Shown here: piece by piece, positions 31,753 through 42,589 of the stretch
How the letters are laid out: every line of letters starts with the position of its first letter
Position numbering within the stretch: position 1 is the stretch's first letter
Assembly (NCBI GenBank): GCA_038143065.1
Contig: JAYQLI010000035.1
Coordinates: 1,760,894 to 1,824,893, forward strand
From: Rhodospirillales bacterium
GTDB lineage: Bacteria; Pseudomonadota; Alphaproteobacteria; Bin95
Direction of reading: 5' to 3'
DNA: 64,000 bases
The notes under the pieces: generated by a model
Seen by the model: the letters and a program-made list of their open reading frames with translations, nothing else
The model's database searches: none
What the model was told of the DNA's origin: nothing
Made by a program: the position numbers and the translations under genes

Positions 31753-32732
31753 CGATCACAATTCAGGTAATGGAAGAGACTTTTCCCGTTCGTGGGGTCT
31801 TTCGCATAAGCCGGGGTTCAAGAACAGAAACGCACGTTGTGACAGCAAGAGTGCATGATGGTGCAAAAGTTGGTCAGGGCGAATGCGTACCTTACGCCCA
31901 CTACGGCGAAACAACTGAGTCAGTAATTACTCAAATCAAATTAGCCAATTCAGCACTTGCCAAAGGCGCTAAGAGGGAGGACCTGCAAGAGATTATGCCA
32001 CCAGGAGCTGCTCGGAATGCCATTGACTGCGCTCTTTGGGACTTAGAGGCCAAGCAAACCGGTAAGCGGGCATGGGAACTGGCTGGATTGGCTGAGCCAT
32101 GGATTAAAGAAACGGCCTTTACCTTGAGCCTTGATAAACCATCCGCAATGGGCCTGGCCGCCAAGGAAGCAAGCGATAGACCTCTCTTAAAAATCAAACT
32201 CGCCGGCAAAGATGATATCGAACGCGTAACAGCTATTCGTTCCAACGCGCCTAATGCCCGATTGATCGTAGACGCCAATGAGGGTTGGACGCCGGAAATG
32301 GTATTACCATTTTCGTCTAAGTCAGCTGAACTTGGCGTCTCAATGATTGAGCAACCTTTGCCGGCCAATAACGATGCGGTCCTCGCTGAAATACCACATC
32401 CAGTTCCACTATGTGCCGATGAAAGCGCACACACCACTGCTGATATAGAACAGCTCAAAGGCCGTTATGATATTGTGAACATCAAATTGGATAAGACGGG
32501 CGGTCTAACAGAAGCACTTAAATTCCGCGATGCCATTTTATCTGCAAATATGGGCGTAATGGTTGGGTGTATGCTCGGTACATCTCTTGCAATGGCACCC
32601 GCTATGTTGATCGCCCAAAATGCAATGTTCGTTGATTTAGATGGACCTCTGTTATTGGCAGAAGACCGAAAACCTGGTCTCTGCTATACGAATGCTCAAA
32701 TCGCGCCACCCTCCACCCAATTATGGGGTTGA
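31749..32732 (+). CDS. dgcA: N-acetyl-D-Glu racemase / dipeptide epimerase (enolase superfamily)
   Basis: FRISRG, KIKL, VDANEGW, NIKLDKTGGLT, DLDG; overlaps dgcN. Confidence 0.85.
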   Translation: MTITIQVMEETFPVRGVFRISRGSRTETHVVTARVHDGAKVGQGECVPYAHYGETTESVITQIKLANSALAKGAKREDLQEIMPPGAARNAIDCALWDLEAKQTGKRAWELAGLAEPWIKETAFTLSLDKPSAMGLAAKEASDRPLLKIKLAGKDDIERVTAIRSNAPNARLIVDANEGWTPEMVLPFSSKSAELGVSMIEQPLPANNDAVLAEIPHPVPLCADESAHTTADIEQLKGRYDIVNIKLDKTGGLTEALKFRDAILSANMGVMVGCMLGTSLAMAPAMLIAQNAMFVDLDGPLLLAEDRKPGLCYTNAQIAPPSTQLWG

Positions 32733-32764
32733 TTAGCGCTTAGTTATCCCGAGGAAATTGATAA

Positions 32765-33871
32765 ATGGGTTTTAATTGTGGGATCGTCGGCCTGCCAAAC
32801 GTAGGTAAGTCGACGCTGTTCAATGCACTAACCGCTACAGCTGCTGCCGAAAGCGCTAACTATCCGTTTTGTACTATAGAACCCAATGTCGGCCGCGTAG
32901 CAGTGCCTGATTCTAGGCTCAGTGAGTTATCTAAGATCGCAAAATCCGCAAAGGTCATACCGACTCAGCTTGAATTTGTTGATATCGCAGGCCTTGTCCG
33001 TGGGGCGAGCCGAGGTGAAGGTCTCGGAAACCAATTCCTCGGAAATATTCGGGAAGTTGACGCCATCGCGCACGTTTTACGGTGCTTCGAAGGTGGTGAC
33101 ATCACACACGTGGAAGGCTCAATCGACCCCGTTCGCGACGCAGAGACTGTTGAAACCGAGCTTATGCTGGCTGACTTAGAAAGCCTCGAACGCAGATTTG
33201 ATCAAGCCAGGAAACGAGGACAAACTGGTGATAAGGAAGCTCGTCTCCTAGCAGACGTGATGGCGCCGCTTGTAGAGGCTTTGAAGGAGGGGCGCCCAGC
33301 CCGAACTGTGAGGGAAAAATTTGACTCCCACGGCCATAAAATTGCTAAAGGGCTTCAGCTTCTTACATACAAACCCGTAATGTATGTCTGCAATGTTGAG
33401 GAAGAAGCTTCGGCCACAGGCAACTCATTATCTGACCAAGTTCGAGCTAAGGCGGAAACTGAAGGTGCTGGTCACGTGGTAGTCTCAGCTGCGATTGAGG
33501 CCGAAATTTCTCAACTGGAAACTGACGAAGAGAAGCGTGAATTTCTTGAAACAATCGGCCTAGAAGAACCAGGTTTGAACCGCGTAATTCGCTCTGGATA
33601 CGACCTTTTAGGTCTACTTACTTATTTTACCGCTGGTCCCAAAGAAGCACGAGCATGGACTGTGCGAGCCGGTGCAGCCGCGCCGGAGGCAGCGGGAGAG
33701 ATTCACTCTGATTTTGAGCGTGGTTTTATTGCTGCAGAAACAATTAGTTTCACTGACTATATTACTCTTGGGGGAGAGCAAGCGGCCAAAGATGCCGGAA
33801 AGATGCGTCAAGAGGGGCGCAATTATGTAGTTAAAGACGGCGACGTCATGCTGTTCCGTTTCAACGTATAA
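32765..33871 (+). CDS. ychF: Ribosome-binding ATPase YchF
   Basis: [33 protein letters not shown]. Confidence 0.98.
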   Translation: MGFNCGIVGLPNVGKSTLFNALTATAAAESANYPFCTIEPNVGRVAVPDSRLSELSKIAKSAKVIPTQLEFVDIAGLVRGASRGEGLGNQFLGNIREVDAIAHVLRCFEGGDITHVEGSIDPVRDAETVETELMLADLESLERRFDQARKRGQTGDKEARLLADVMAPLVEALKEGRPARTVREKFDSHGHKIAKGLQLLTYKPVMYVCNVEEEASATGNSLSDQVRAKAETEGAGHVVVSAAIEAEISQLETDEEKREFLETIGLEEPGLNRVIRSGYDLLGLLTYFTAGPKEARAWTVRAGAAAPEAAGEIHSDFERGFIAAETISFTDYITLGGEQAAKDAGKMRQEGRNYVVKDGDVMLFRFNV

Positions 33872-34075
33872 AAATTGAAACTATTCATCGCCAGGCCTCG
33901 GGGAATGCTAATCAGCTGCAGTAATTTTCGTTTCGAATTACCAAAGGATCCATGGCTCGCTGCGGTGAAGTTAAAACTCTAGAAACAGAGACGGTCACTC
34001 AGCCCAATGTAATTTTGAAGTTCAATTATGCTATGCTCCAGATATGACGCGCCCGAATTTCTGGTAACTATATCC

Positions 34076-35398
34076 TCATACGGTCAAAGCCTGGGCTTTC
34101 TCTAAAAAGCTATTATTAACCGCACTATTGGGCCTGAAGGCTAAACGTTCATTGACCAAGGAAAGAGCAACACTTCGATTTTGTGCGCGAATAGCAGCAA
34201 CGAGGGCAGTCCACTCTATCAAGTCGCGTTGAGCAATACTCCCGCCCATCCAACTTAATTTGGGCATTACTCCTAGAAGGCTTTCACAAGCAGATACGTA
34301 ATCACGCTCAATGAAAGACGCCATTGCCTCCGCAATTGGTATCGCACAATCTTGGTAAGCCATCGCAAGCTCACCTCCATCGGCAGCAGAGCGTTTCATT
34401 CCTTCAAGGATTTTATCGTAGGCTGATCTATTGTCAGCACTGAGCGCAGCAATGGCCCCATGTATTTCATTGAAAGGACTTACCATACCCGTCAACTGCT
34501 TTTGCCAATGCTCGAACTGCGCTTCCCAACGATTGCCTGCATCACAGCCAAGAGTCTGAAGTCGCCAGAGAAGTGATGTGGGATTACATAGTTGTGTGCC
34601 AACTGGCTTCATAAGTGAAAGAATTTCGTTGTCATAGAGCTCAAGAGCTTGATCAAATTCTCCTGTCTCTATGTGAAAAAGAGCCTTATGCCAGTATATG
34701 TGAACTCGATTATTGCATTTTTGGTCCGACCAAAAAGGCAGTCGGTCGTTCATCCAACTAATGCCTTCATCTGGTCGTCCAGTCATCTCTAGAACATGCG
34801 AAACCGCATGGTGTGGCCAGTAGCCATAAGGCTCTATCTCTGCGGCCTCACGAGAAACATCTTCCGCACGACCAAAATTACCAAGCTCTTCAAGTCCAAA
34901 GCCAAAAAATGACAGCATTATCCCATAGCCAGGATCATGCTTAGACCAAAATGGAAGAGCCCTTGACGCCCTTGATGCCTCTCTAGCAAAGCGCCCAAGG
35001 TATCCATCTAGACGAAGTGCACACTGGTGGGCGGCAAGATCAAATGGGTCCTCCAAAAGATGACGATCAAGAACATCAACCGCAGACAGCCATTGCCCCG
35101 CTAACGCCAGCCGCAAGGCTATGAGATTTTGCCCCTCCCTATTGGTAAGCCTTGCCTCATCAATATGTTGAGTGATCTCTGATGCTTTCTTTAAGTTAGA
35201 GCTATCATTCGTAAGTGCCAGAATCCAAGCCTGCAAAATATCGGGCATTTGAGCCATAGGGTCTGCTTCGCGGGCTTGAGATATACCGATATTTGGATCA
35301 CCAAAATTCAGCGTGAAAGCTCTTATTGCGTCCTCAATACAAAACTTTGCTTCTGAATTAGCGTTCCAAAATTTCCGATCGGTCAATCTTACCTCCAA
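34076..35398 (-). CDS. TTC38-like tetratricopeptide repeat protein
   Basis: FGLEE, WPHHAVSHVLEM, HIYWHKALF, SLLWRL, GGSIAQRD. Confidence 0.8.
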   Translation of the reverse strand: MEVRLTDRKFWNANSEAKFCIEDAIRAFTLNFGDPNIGISQAREADPMAQMPDILQAWILALTNDSSNLKKASEITQHIDEARLTNREGQNLIALRLALAGQWLSAVDVLDRHLLEDPFDLAAHQCALRLDGYLGRFAREASRASRALPFWSKHDPGYGIMLSFFGFGLEELGNFGRAEDVSREAAEIEPYGYWPHHAVSHVLEMTGRPDEGISWMNDRLPFWSDQKCNNRVHIYWHKALFHIETGEFDQALELYDNEILSLMKPVGTQLCNPTSLLWRLQTLGCDAGNRWEAQFEHWQKQLTGMVSPFNEIHGAIAALSADNRSAYDKILEGMKRSAADGGELAMAYQDCAIPIAEAMASFIERDYVSACESLLGVMPKLSWMGGSIAQRDLIEWTALVAAIRAQNRSVALSLVNERLAFRPNSAVNNSFLEKAQALTV

Positions 35399-35524
35399 AA
35401 CCTATCTGAGAAACTCTAAAAGGGCAGAGTTTACCCGTCCTATGCACGGCTCAAGCAATGAACTCATTTCTACAGGAGAGATCATCTTAAAAAAAAGATT
35501 ATCGAATTAAATTTTAGGTGTCAT

Positions 35525-36258
35525 TCATGTGTTTAGAATGATGTAAAGCCCTATGAACAGTAAGGCTCCAAAGAAGGCTTTTTTAAAAGTTTGTTCTGAT
35601 AATTTTTGACGAATTTTTTGACCAATAACCATACCTATCACTGCAGGGGGCAAGCCCGTTAGCGAGGATAATCCCAATTCCATAGTCAGAAACCCTTTCT
35701 CAGCTAGAGTAAACGCGAGGGCAACCGTCGCGAGGCTAAAAGTATTCCCATCGCTTGCACTAATGCATCGCGAGGTAGACTAGTAGAATTTAGATACAAA
35801 ACGCCCGGGACAACAAAAGATCCTGTCATGCCGGTGAATATCCCGTTGCAGACTCCAAAACCTGGAGCTGCCCAAAACTGGTTTTTATCTCGAATGGTCA
35901 ACCCCCATCCTAGAATACCTATCAGGGCATAGCTGGCGATAAGGAGCCCGAGAAATTTTGAAAGCCAACTCGTATCTGCTTCTGATAGGAGAATGCCACC
36001 CAACGGAACTGAAATAGTCGCCGTTAAAAAGAAGGGCCAAAGTCGTTTCACTAGGTTTAGACCAAAACCTCCGACTACAGCTTGCCAGACATTGGTAACA
36101 AATGATGGAATCAGCAAGAGTGTCATTGCACTTGTGAGATCCATGGCAATGGTAAGAATTGCAAGACTAACCGTAGGTAGTCCAAGACCAATTATGCCTT
36201 TAACTGTTCCTGCAAGTAGGAACACCAAAATTATTATCGATAGTGTTGAGATATCCAT
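35525..36258 (-). CDS. Sulfite exporter TauE/SafE family (frameshift near 35745)
   Basis: AGTVKGIIGLGLPTV, PSFVTNVWQ; continuation GQKIRQKLSEQTFKKAFF. Confidence 0.8.
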
Positions 36259-36467
36259 AAGGCTTTGCTTTTTCCTTAGACGAACTTCTAATTTACAAAA
36301 AACACGGTTAACGAAGAATAGTGAAACACTAATCCTGGGAGTTTTTACAAAAAAGTTTTTAGGATCCTGTTCCCAAAGGGCCGAAAGACTTTTTAAATTT
36401 CAGAAGTTATTCTTCTTTGTTGCTTACAGTAGTGATCCAAAAATATACGCCAAACAAAGGCAGATAA

Positions 36468-36827
36468 ATGCTCACATGTCCCACAATTGCATTACTCACA
36501 TTCGGGATGACCTGCTCTGTGCAAGTAGAACGCGTAATTGATGGCGATACATTTAAGGCAGCCTTTGGGGAAAAGAACGTTTCAGTTCGGGTCGTTGGAA
36601 TCAATACACCAGAGAGAGGCGAAAAGGGCTTTGCTGAAGCAACACAAGCCGCCAGAGAGTATTTCCAGGGCGCAACAGTAACACTGCACATAGGGGGTGC
36701 AAAAAGTAAGCATAAGGGAAAATGCCTCGGCCAAGCAATAATCGACAAGTATGGTCGAGTGTTAGCAGCGGTGTCGGACTGGCCAACCGTAATTAGTCCT
36801 TGGGACAAAGGACCATGGTGCCGCTAA
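36468..36827 (+). CDS. Short thermonuclease (SNase-like) protein
   Basis: RVIDGDT, VRVVGINTPE, DKYGRVLA. Confidence 0.75.
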   Translation: MLTCPTIALLTFGMTCSVQVERVIDGDTFKAAFGEKNVSVRVVGINTPERGEKGFAEATQAAREYFQGATVTLHIGGAKSKHKGKCLGQAIIDKYGRVLAAVSDWPTVISPWDKGPWCR

Positions 36828-37099
36828 CTATTCCTTATCCACCTCTTATGATCCAGCTAACCTCTCGGCAATCAAAACATCGACTAAAAGATTGAAACTA
36901 TTTGTAGGCGCAAAGGGACTATAATCAATGACCCGCTGAACAAGGGTTTGCTGCTCTACAGACTGAGGTATGCGGCCTCGTTTGGGAGCCAGAAGGTAGA
37001 TTGGGAAAATAAGCCTTCAATATTATTCAAGGGGTTGCATAAGGCGCTTAAGAGAGAGACCTTTAGTTTTACTTAAAATTGGTTTTGTCAGGAATCTTC

Positions 37100-37774
37100 A
37101 TGTCCCGCATCGTCGATCTTTCCGTCACAATTCAGGCTGGTCACTTTCGGTGGCCAACACAGCAAACTTTAGACAAAAGTTTTGAAGAAGGCGCATTTGT
37201 TCAAGCAACACGCATTAATGTCTCGTGTCATGCTTTCACGCATATGGATGCTCCACGCCACTTTGACCCAAAAGGTTATTCAACCGACAGCCTTCGTCTA
37301 GAACAGACTATCGGACCCGCAGCTGTAGTAGATGTATCATCTGTTGGGCCAAACGCGCCTATTCAAGAGAAACACGTCGCTGAAGCCGGAGGTCACATTC
37401 AAGAAGGCGACATTGTTCTGTTGCGCACTGGTTGGGACAAGCATGAAAGCATTGAAAAACCAGAGTTCTGGACTAGAGCTCCTTGGGTTGAGGAAGACGC
37501 TGCAGAGTGGCTTTTTAGTCGTGGCATCAAAGCAATTGGATACGACTTTCCTCAGGATTATTGTATTCGAAACCTTGTACTAGGCGATCGAAAGCCAGCG
37601 CCTGAAGAGAACATTACTCATGAGATTCTTCTAAAGAGAGGCGTTATTATGATGGAATATCTATGCAACATGACATCTATCAAAGGAATGCGTTGCGACG
37701 TCTTTGGCCTGCCCATTAAAGTCCCTAATTCGGATGGTGCACCAGCGCGCATCATCGCAATCGAAGAGGACTAA
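37100..37774 (+). CDS. Cyclase family (kynurenine formamidase-like) metal hydrolase
   Basis: HAFTHMDAPRH, GDIVLLRTGW, DGAPAR. Confidence 0.85.
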   Translation: MSRIVDLSVTIQAGHFRWPTQQTLDKSFEEGAFVQATRINVSCHAFTHMDAPRHFDPKGYSTDSLRLEQTIGPAAVVDVSSVGPNAPIQEKHVAEAGGHIQEGDIVLLRTGWDKHESIEKPEFWTRAPWVEEDAAEWLFSRGIKAIGYDFPQDYCIRNLVLGDRKPAPEENITHEILLKRGVIMMEYLCNMTSIKGMRCDVFGLPIKVPNSDGAPARIIAIEED

Positions 37775-37779
37775 AATCA

Positions 37780-38541
37780 ATGCAATTGGCTAATTATAAT
37801 ATTGAAATCCTCGTGACGGGGTTTCCAGGCAAGTCTGTTTGCCATGGTTCACTCGGCTGGAGTACGATTGCATTAATTCGTCATAAAGATCGCTTAGCTC
37901 TAATTGACGTCGGAGCGTTTGGACATCGGAAGCTCCTTTTATCGGCATTGGAAGAGCGCAATCTATCTCCCTCTGACATAACAGATGTTTTGTTAACACA
38001 TTCCCATTACGATCACGCACTGAATTGGGTTTTATTTCCTAAAGCGAGAACAGTAATTGCAGATATTGAGATGAATTGGGCTCTAGAACAGCCATGGGGA
38101 GAAACACCAGTCCCCGAACTTTATGTCAGAGAACTTAACCTTCTACCAAGCCTAGTTCGCGCAAAGGACGGAGAAGAGGTATTTCCAGGAATAACTATGC
38201 ATTTAGCACCCGGTCACACTCCAGGCTGTGTAGCATTTAAGCTAGCTGGGGCAGAGCACGATATCATTTTTACAGGGGATGCAGCTAAAAACCGAGCTGA
38301 ACTGGTTAGTCGCGATACAGATATGACCTATGATCCCATGGTGAGCGCTAATTCTATCGAGATGATTTGGAACCTTTGGACCGCTCGTGGCGGTAATATT
38401 GTGGTCCCAGGCCACGATGTTCCAATGGATCTAGACCCGGACAGGAATCCACGGTACCTCGCCAAGCGTGAAGCTGCAATTTCTGCATGGTACGGAGAGA
38501 CTATAGACGAGACTACCATCATCAATCTCGTTATTGATTAA
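37780..38541 (+). CDS. MBL-fold metallo-hydrolase
   Basis: THSHYDH, PGHTPG, TGDA, PGHD. Confidence 0.85.
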   Translation: MQLANYNIEILVTGFPGKSVCHGSLGWSTIALIRHKDRLALIDVGAFGHRKLLLSALEERNLSPSDITDVLLTHSHYDHALNWVLFPKARTVIADIEMNWALEQPWGETPVPELYVRELNLLPSLVRAKDGEEVFPGITMHLAPGHTPGCVAFKLAGAEHDIIFTGDAAKNRAELVSRDTDMTYDPMVSANSIEMIWNLWTARGGNIVVPGHDVPMDLDPDRNPRYLAKREAAISAWYGETIDETTIINLVID

Positions 38542-38596
38542 ACTTTTCTCCATCGCCTCCAAAACCATCTAATAACTATTTTATCATCACTCGCAT

Positions 38597-38626
38597 CTTG
38601 TGTGACTAAAAAGTCACACCATATCT
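38597..38626 (+). promoter_or_regulatory. Putative RpoH (sigma32) promoter of clpB containing a perfect palindrome
   Basis: CTTG-N18-CCATAT with TGTGACT-AAAA-AGTCACA as the spacer. Confidence 0.55.
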
Positions 38627-38713
38627 CCTGGAGCAGGGATCGCATTGCCCAAAAGGGCATGGGGTTGCCACCAAGTGGGACTCCAAAACAGACGATTGCC
38701 ATAGGAGAGATAA

Positions 38714-41306
38714 ATGAATTTAGAGGTATATACAGACCGCTTGCGCGGCTTTCTTCAAAGCGCACAAAATTTAGCAGTCCGATTAAATCACTCCCAACTC
38801 ATGCCTGAGCATTTGCTTAAGGCATTTCTGGAGGATGACCAAAACTTCTCTACCGACCTTGTTAAAAAAGCAGGTGGCGACTGCGAACGCGCAGCCGTTT
38901 TACTTGATGAAGCGCTTAGTAAACATCCACAAATTGGTAAAGCTGAGCAAAGCAATCTCCGTCTTTCAAAAGAATTTTTAGAACTCGCTGAAACTGCTAC
39001 GCAGGTTGCAGAAAAATGGGGCGACAGCTTCATTTCTGTAGAATGTATGCTGCAGGCGTTTGCTGGACTCCAGAAAACCGTAACAGGTCGAATTTTGAAA
39101 GAGGTAGGGTTAGACCCTGAGAAGCTCCACAGGGCCATCTCAGGAATGCGTCAAGGTCGTACAGCTGAAAATGCTTCTGCTGAAGAGCACTACGGCGCTC
39201 TTAAAAAATATTCACGCGATCTTACAGAGATCGCGCGCGCTGGCAGAATTGACCCCGTCATCGGTCGCGATGAGGAAATCCGTCGTACAATTCAAATATT
39301 ATCACGTCGCACCAAGAATAACCCAATCTTAATTGGAGAGCCTGGCGTCGGTAAAACCGCAATCGCTGAGGGTCTTGCAATTCGCATTGTAAACGGGGAC
39401 GTACCCGAAAACCTCAAAAACAAACGTCTGTTAGCCCTGGATCTAGCAGCACTTATCGCAGGCGCCAAATTTCGTGGTGAATTTGAAGAACGTTTGAAAG
39501 CTGTGGTCCAGGAAATACAAAGTGCCAATGGTGAGTTCATTCTCTTTATCGATGAGATGCACACACTGGTTGGAGCAGGTAAAGCCGATGGTGCAATGGA
39601 CGCGTCAAACATGCTGAAGCCAGCGTTAGCAAGAGGTGAACTCCGCTGCATTGGTGCAACCACACTCGATGAATACAAGAAGAATATTGAAAAAGACGCT
39701 GCACTGGCTCGACGTTTTCAAACAGTCTTCGTAGCTGAACCATCAGTTGCTGACACTGTATCAATACTACGAGGGTTAAAGGAGAAATACGAAGTTACAT
39801 CATGGAGTTCGTATCGCTGATACGGCAATTGTTGCCGCCGCATCTCTATCAAACCGTTATATCACTGACCGATTCTTACCAGACAAGGCTATTGATTTAA
39901 TTGATGAGGCTGCAAGCCGATTAAGGATGCAAATTGATTCTAAACCAGAAAGTTTAGATGAACTGGATCGACGAATAATCCAATTAAAAATTGAGCAAGG
40001 AGCTTTAAAGAGAGAAACTGATCCAGCCTCTGCAGCTAGACTAATTAAGATTGAAACTGAACTTGCAGAACTCGAACGTCAATCATTAAATCAGTCGACA
40101 ATTTGGCAGGCAGAGAAGGATAGGCTTGCATCAACTAACAAACTTAAAGAAGAGTTAGATAATGCTCGCTCTGAACTCGAAAGCGCTCAGCGTCAAGGCA
40201 ACCTCGCTCGTGCTGGTGAAATTGCCTATGGAATCATTCCAGAACTCGAACAAAAACTTATAACTGCTGAGGAGGCTAACGAAACTAGTATACTCGCAGA
40301 ATTAGTGGAGGATGATCATATCGCTGGAGTGGTATCTCGGTGGACAGGCGTTCCAGTTGAGAAGATGCTAGACGGTGAACGCACAAAACTCCTCGAAATG
40401 GAAGCATGTCTTTCCTCCCGCATCATAGGCCAAGAAGCTGCTATCAAAGCAGTTTCAGAAGCGGTCCGGCGAGCGCGCGCTGGCATTCAAGATCCGAACC
40501 GCCCAATTGGTTCATTCCTCTTTTTAGGACCAACCGGCGTCGGCAAAACAGAACTAGCTAAGTCTTTAGCGGAATTTCTGTTTGACAACGAACAGGCAAT
40601 GCAACGTATCGACATGTCCGAGTATATGGAGAAACATTCAGTAGCTCGCCTTATCGGCTCCCCGCCCGGCTATGTTGGTCATGAAGATGGCGGATCGCTG
40701 ACTGAAGCCGTCCGCAGGCGCCCATATCAAGTAATACTGTTTGATGAGGTTGAAAAAGCACATCCAGACGTTTTGAACGTACTTCTTCAGGTATTGGACG
40801 ATGGACGGCTTACTGATGGGCAGGGCCGCACGGTCGACTTTCGAAATGCTCTGATTATCTTGACATCCAATCTTGGCTCGGAGCACCTAACACATCTGAC
40901 GGAAGACTGTGATTTAAAAGCTGTATCTGAACTTGTTATGGAAACAGTTCGTCAGTCATTCCGTCCAGAGTTCTTAAATCGACTTGACGACATACTAATA
41001 TTCCGTCCACTGGCGCGCTCAGATATGGGCACAATCGTGAAACTCCAGCTCCAAAGACTGGAAACTCTACTTAAGGATCGAAATATCCTATTGGATGCAG
41101 ACAACAGAGCGATCGATTGGTTGGCGGAGAAAGGCTTCGACCCTTCTTACGGCGCCAGACCTCTTAAACGTGCCATTCAAAGGGAACTTCAAAATCCGTT
41201 AGCCTCGATGATACTGTCCGGAGATATAATGAATGGCCAGACCGTACTTGTCTCTGCTGGCCATGATGGAATAGTGATCGGAAATATCGCAGCAAATGCT
41301 GCGTAA
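38714..41306 (+). CDS. clpB: Chaperone ClpB (one frameshift near 39796)
   Basis: [17 protein letters not shown]-domain; EVHHGVRI broken by one extra base. Confidence 0.96.
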
Positions 41307-41363
41307 GTGTTTTGACCCTGCTATAAATTTTTCTGCTGGTTAGGAAAAAAGAGAACTTCCCGC

Positions 41364-42158
41364 ATGGTTGAAATATCCGCTGAAACTATCGCCACATATC
41401 AAAGTGATGGAGCTATTTTACTGAAGGGCATCTTTAACGATTTTGTCGAAGATGCCCGTCAGGCAATCGAGGAAAACAAGGCTAATCCCTCTTGGCGGGA
41501 GCGGACTTATCATCCCGATGATGGAAGCACGCCATTTTTCCAGGACTATTGTGTTTGGGATAATTTTGATGGGTACAGGAAATTAGTGATGACGTCGCCA
41601 ATGGCCAAAATTGCGGCGACGCTCATGGAGTCAAAAACCGCCCGTTTTTTTCATGATCACGTTTTGGTTAAGGAACCCGGGAACTCAAATGTAACTCCCT
41701 GGCATCAAGACCAACCTTATTATCTCGTCGAAGGAATGCAGTCTGCATCTTTCTGGGTCCCTCTCGACCCAGTGCCCAAGAATAGATCTATCGAGTTTGT
41801 ATCTGGCTCTCATAATTGGAATAAATCATTTCGCCCTACACGATTTGATGGGACACCTCTTTTTGAAAATGATTCGTCAGATGCAGTTCCAAATATCGAT
41901 AAAGAAAGAAGAAATCTTAAAATCCTGAGTTGGGCAACTGAACCTGGCGATGCAGTTGTTTTCTCTTTCCGGACCCTGCACGCTGCTGCTGCTAACGCCT
42001 CATCAATTCGACGCAGGGTTATTTCGATGCGCTGGGTAGGAGATGACGCACGTTTTGCAGCTCGTCCAGGCAAAACATCTCCTTACTTTCCTGACTTGTC
42101 GTACACGCCAGGATCTCCATTTCAAGGGCCAATGTTTCCATTAGTCTTTGAAGAATAG
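41364..42158 (+). CDS. Phytanoyl-CoA dioxygenase family (Fe/2OG)
   Basis: TPWHQD, WVPLD, PGDAVVF..RTLH, RR..S.RW. Confidence 0.87.
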   Translation: MVEISAETIATYQSDGAILLKGIFNDFVEDARQAIEENKANPSWRERTYHPDDGSTPFFQDYCVWDNFDGYRKLVMTSPMAKIAATLMESKTARFFHDHVLVKEPGNSNVTPWHQDQPYYLVEGMQSASFWVPLDPVPKNRSIEFVSGSHNWNKSFRPTRFDGTPLFENDSSDAVPNIDKERRNLKILSWATEPGDAVVFSFRTLHAAAANASSIRRRVISMRWVGDDARFAARPGKTSPYFPDLSYTPGSPFQGPMFPLVFEE

Positions 42159-42256
42159 TGATATATTTTACTCATACTGAGTGATTCTGGGCGCTTGCAT
42201 AAATGCCTCTCACTCGGCTATCCATAGAGCTTGAAACGAAGATCAGGAAAAAACCA

Positions 42257-42589
42257 ATGGCGGCCAGAGAGGCCAAATTCGGTATTGGAGACGTAGTACG
42301 CCACCGTCGGCACCCGTTCAGAGGTGTAGTGTTTGACGTGGACCCCGTCTTCTCAAATACAGAAGAATGGTGGCTACAAATTCCGCCTGAAATGCGTCCT
42401 AGTAAAGATCAGCCCTACTATCACTTGTTCGCAGAAAATTCTGAAACAACCTACGTGGCTTACGTTTCCGAACAGAACCTACTTCCTGATGAAACTGGAG
42501 AGCCATGCAGGCATCCGCGTATCAAAGATATGTTTGAAAGCACAAATTCAGGCCACTACGCACTTCGCGACGCTAGATTTGCCAATTGA
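42257..42589 (+). CDS. hspQ: Heat shock protein HspQ
   Basis: AKFGIGDVVRH, FRGVVFDVDP, YVAYVSEQNL. Confidence 0.92.
   Translation: MAAREAKFGIGDVVRHRRHPFRGVVFDVDPVFSNTEEWWLQIPPEMRPSKDQPYYHLFAENSETTYVAYVSEQNLLPDETGEPCRHPRIKDMFESTNSGHYALRDARFAN

Noticed and set aside
38714-41306. Programmed frameshifting or split genes in clpB, and likewise mltA, cysK and the FadB-like gene
   Set aside because: They are single-base indels inside conserved motifs, spread across unrelated genes without slippery-site or stimulator signals; sequencing error is more parsimonious.
42333-42578. Apparent N-terminal extension of the FAD monooxygenase overlapping hspQ
   Set aside because: Open-frame artefact; family similarity starts at about 42579 (TTG), at the end of hspQ.
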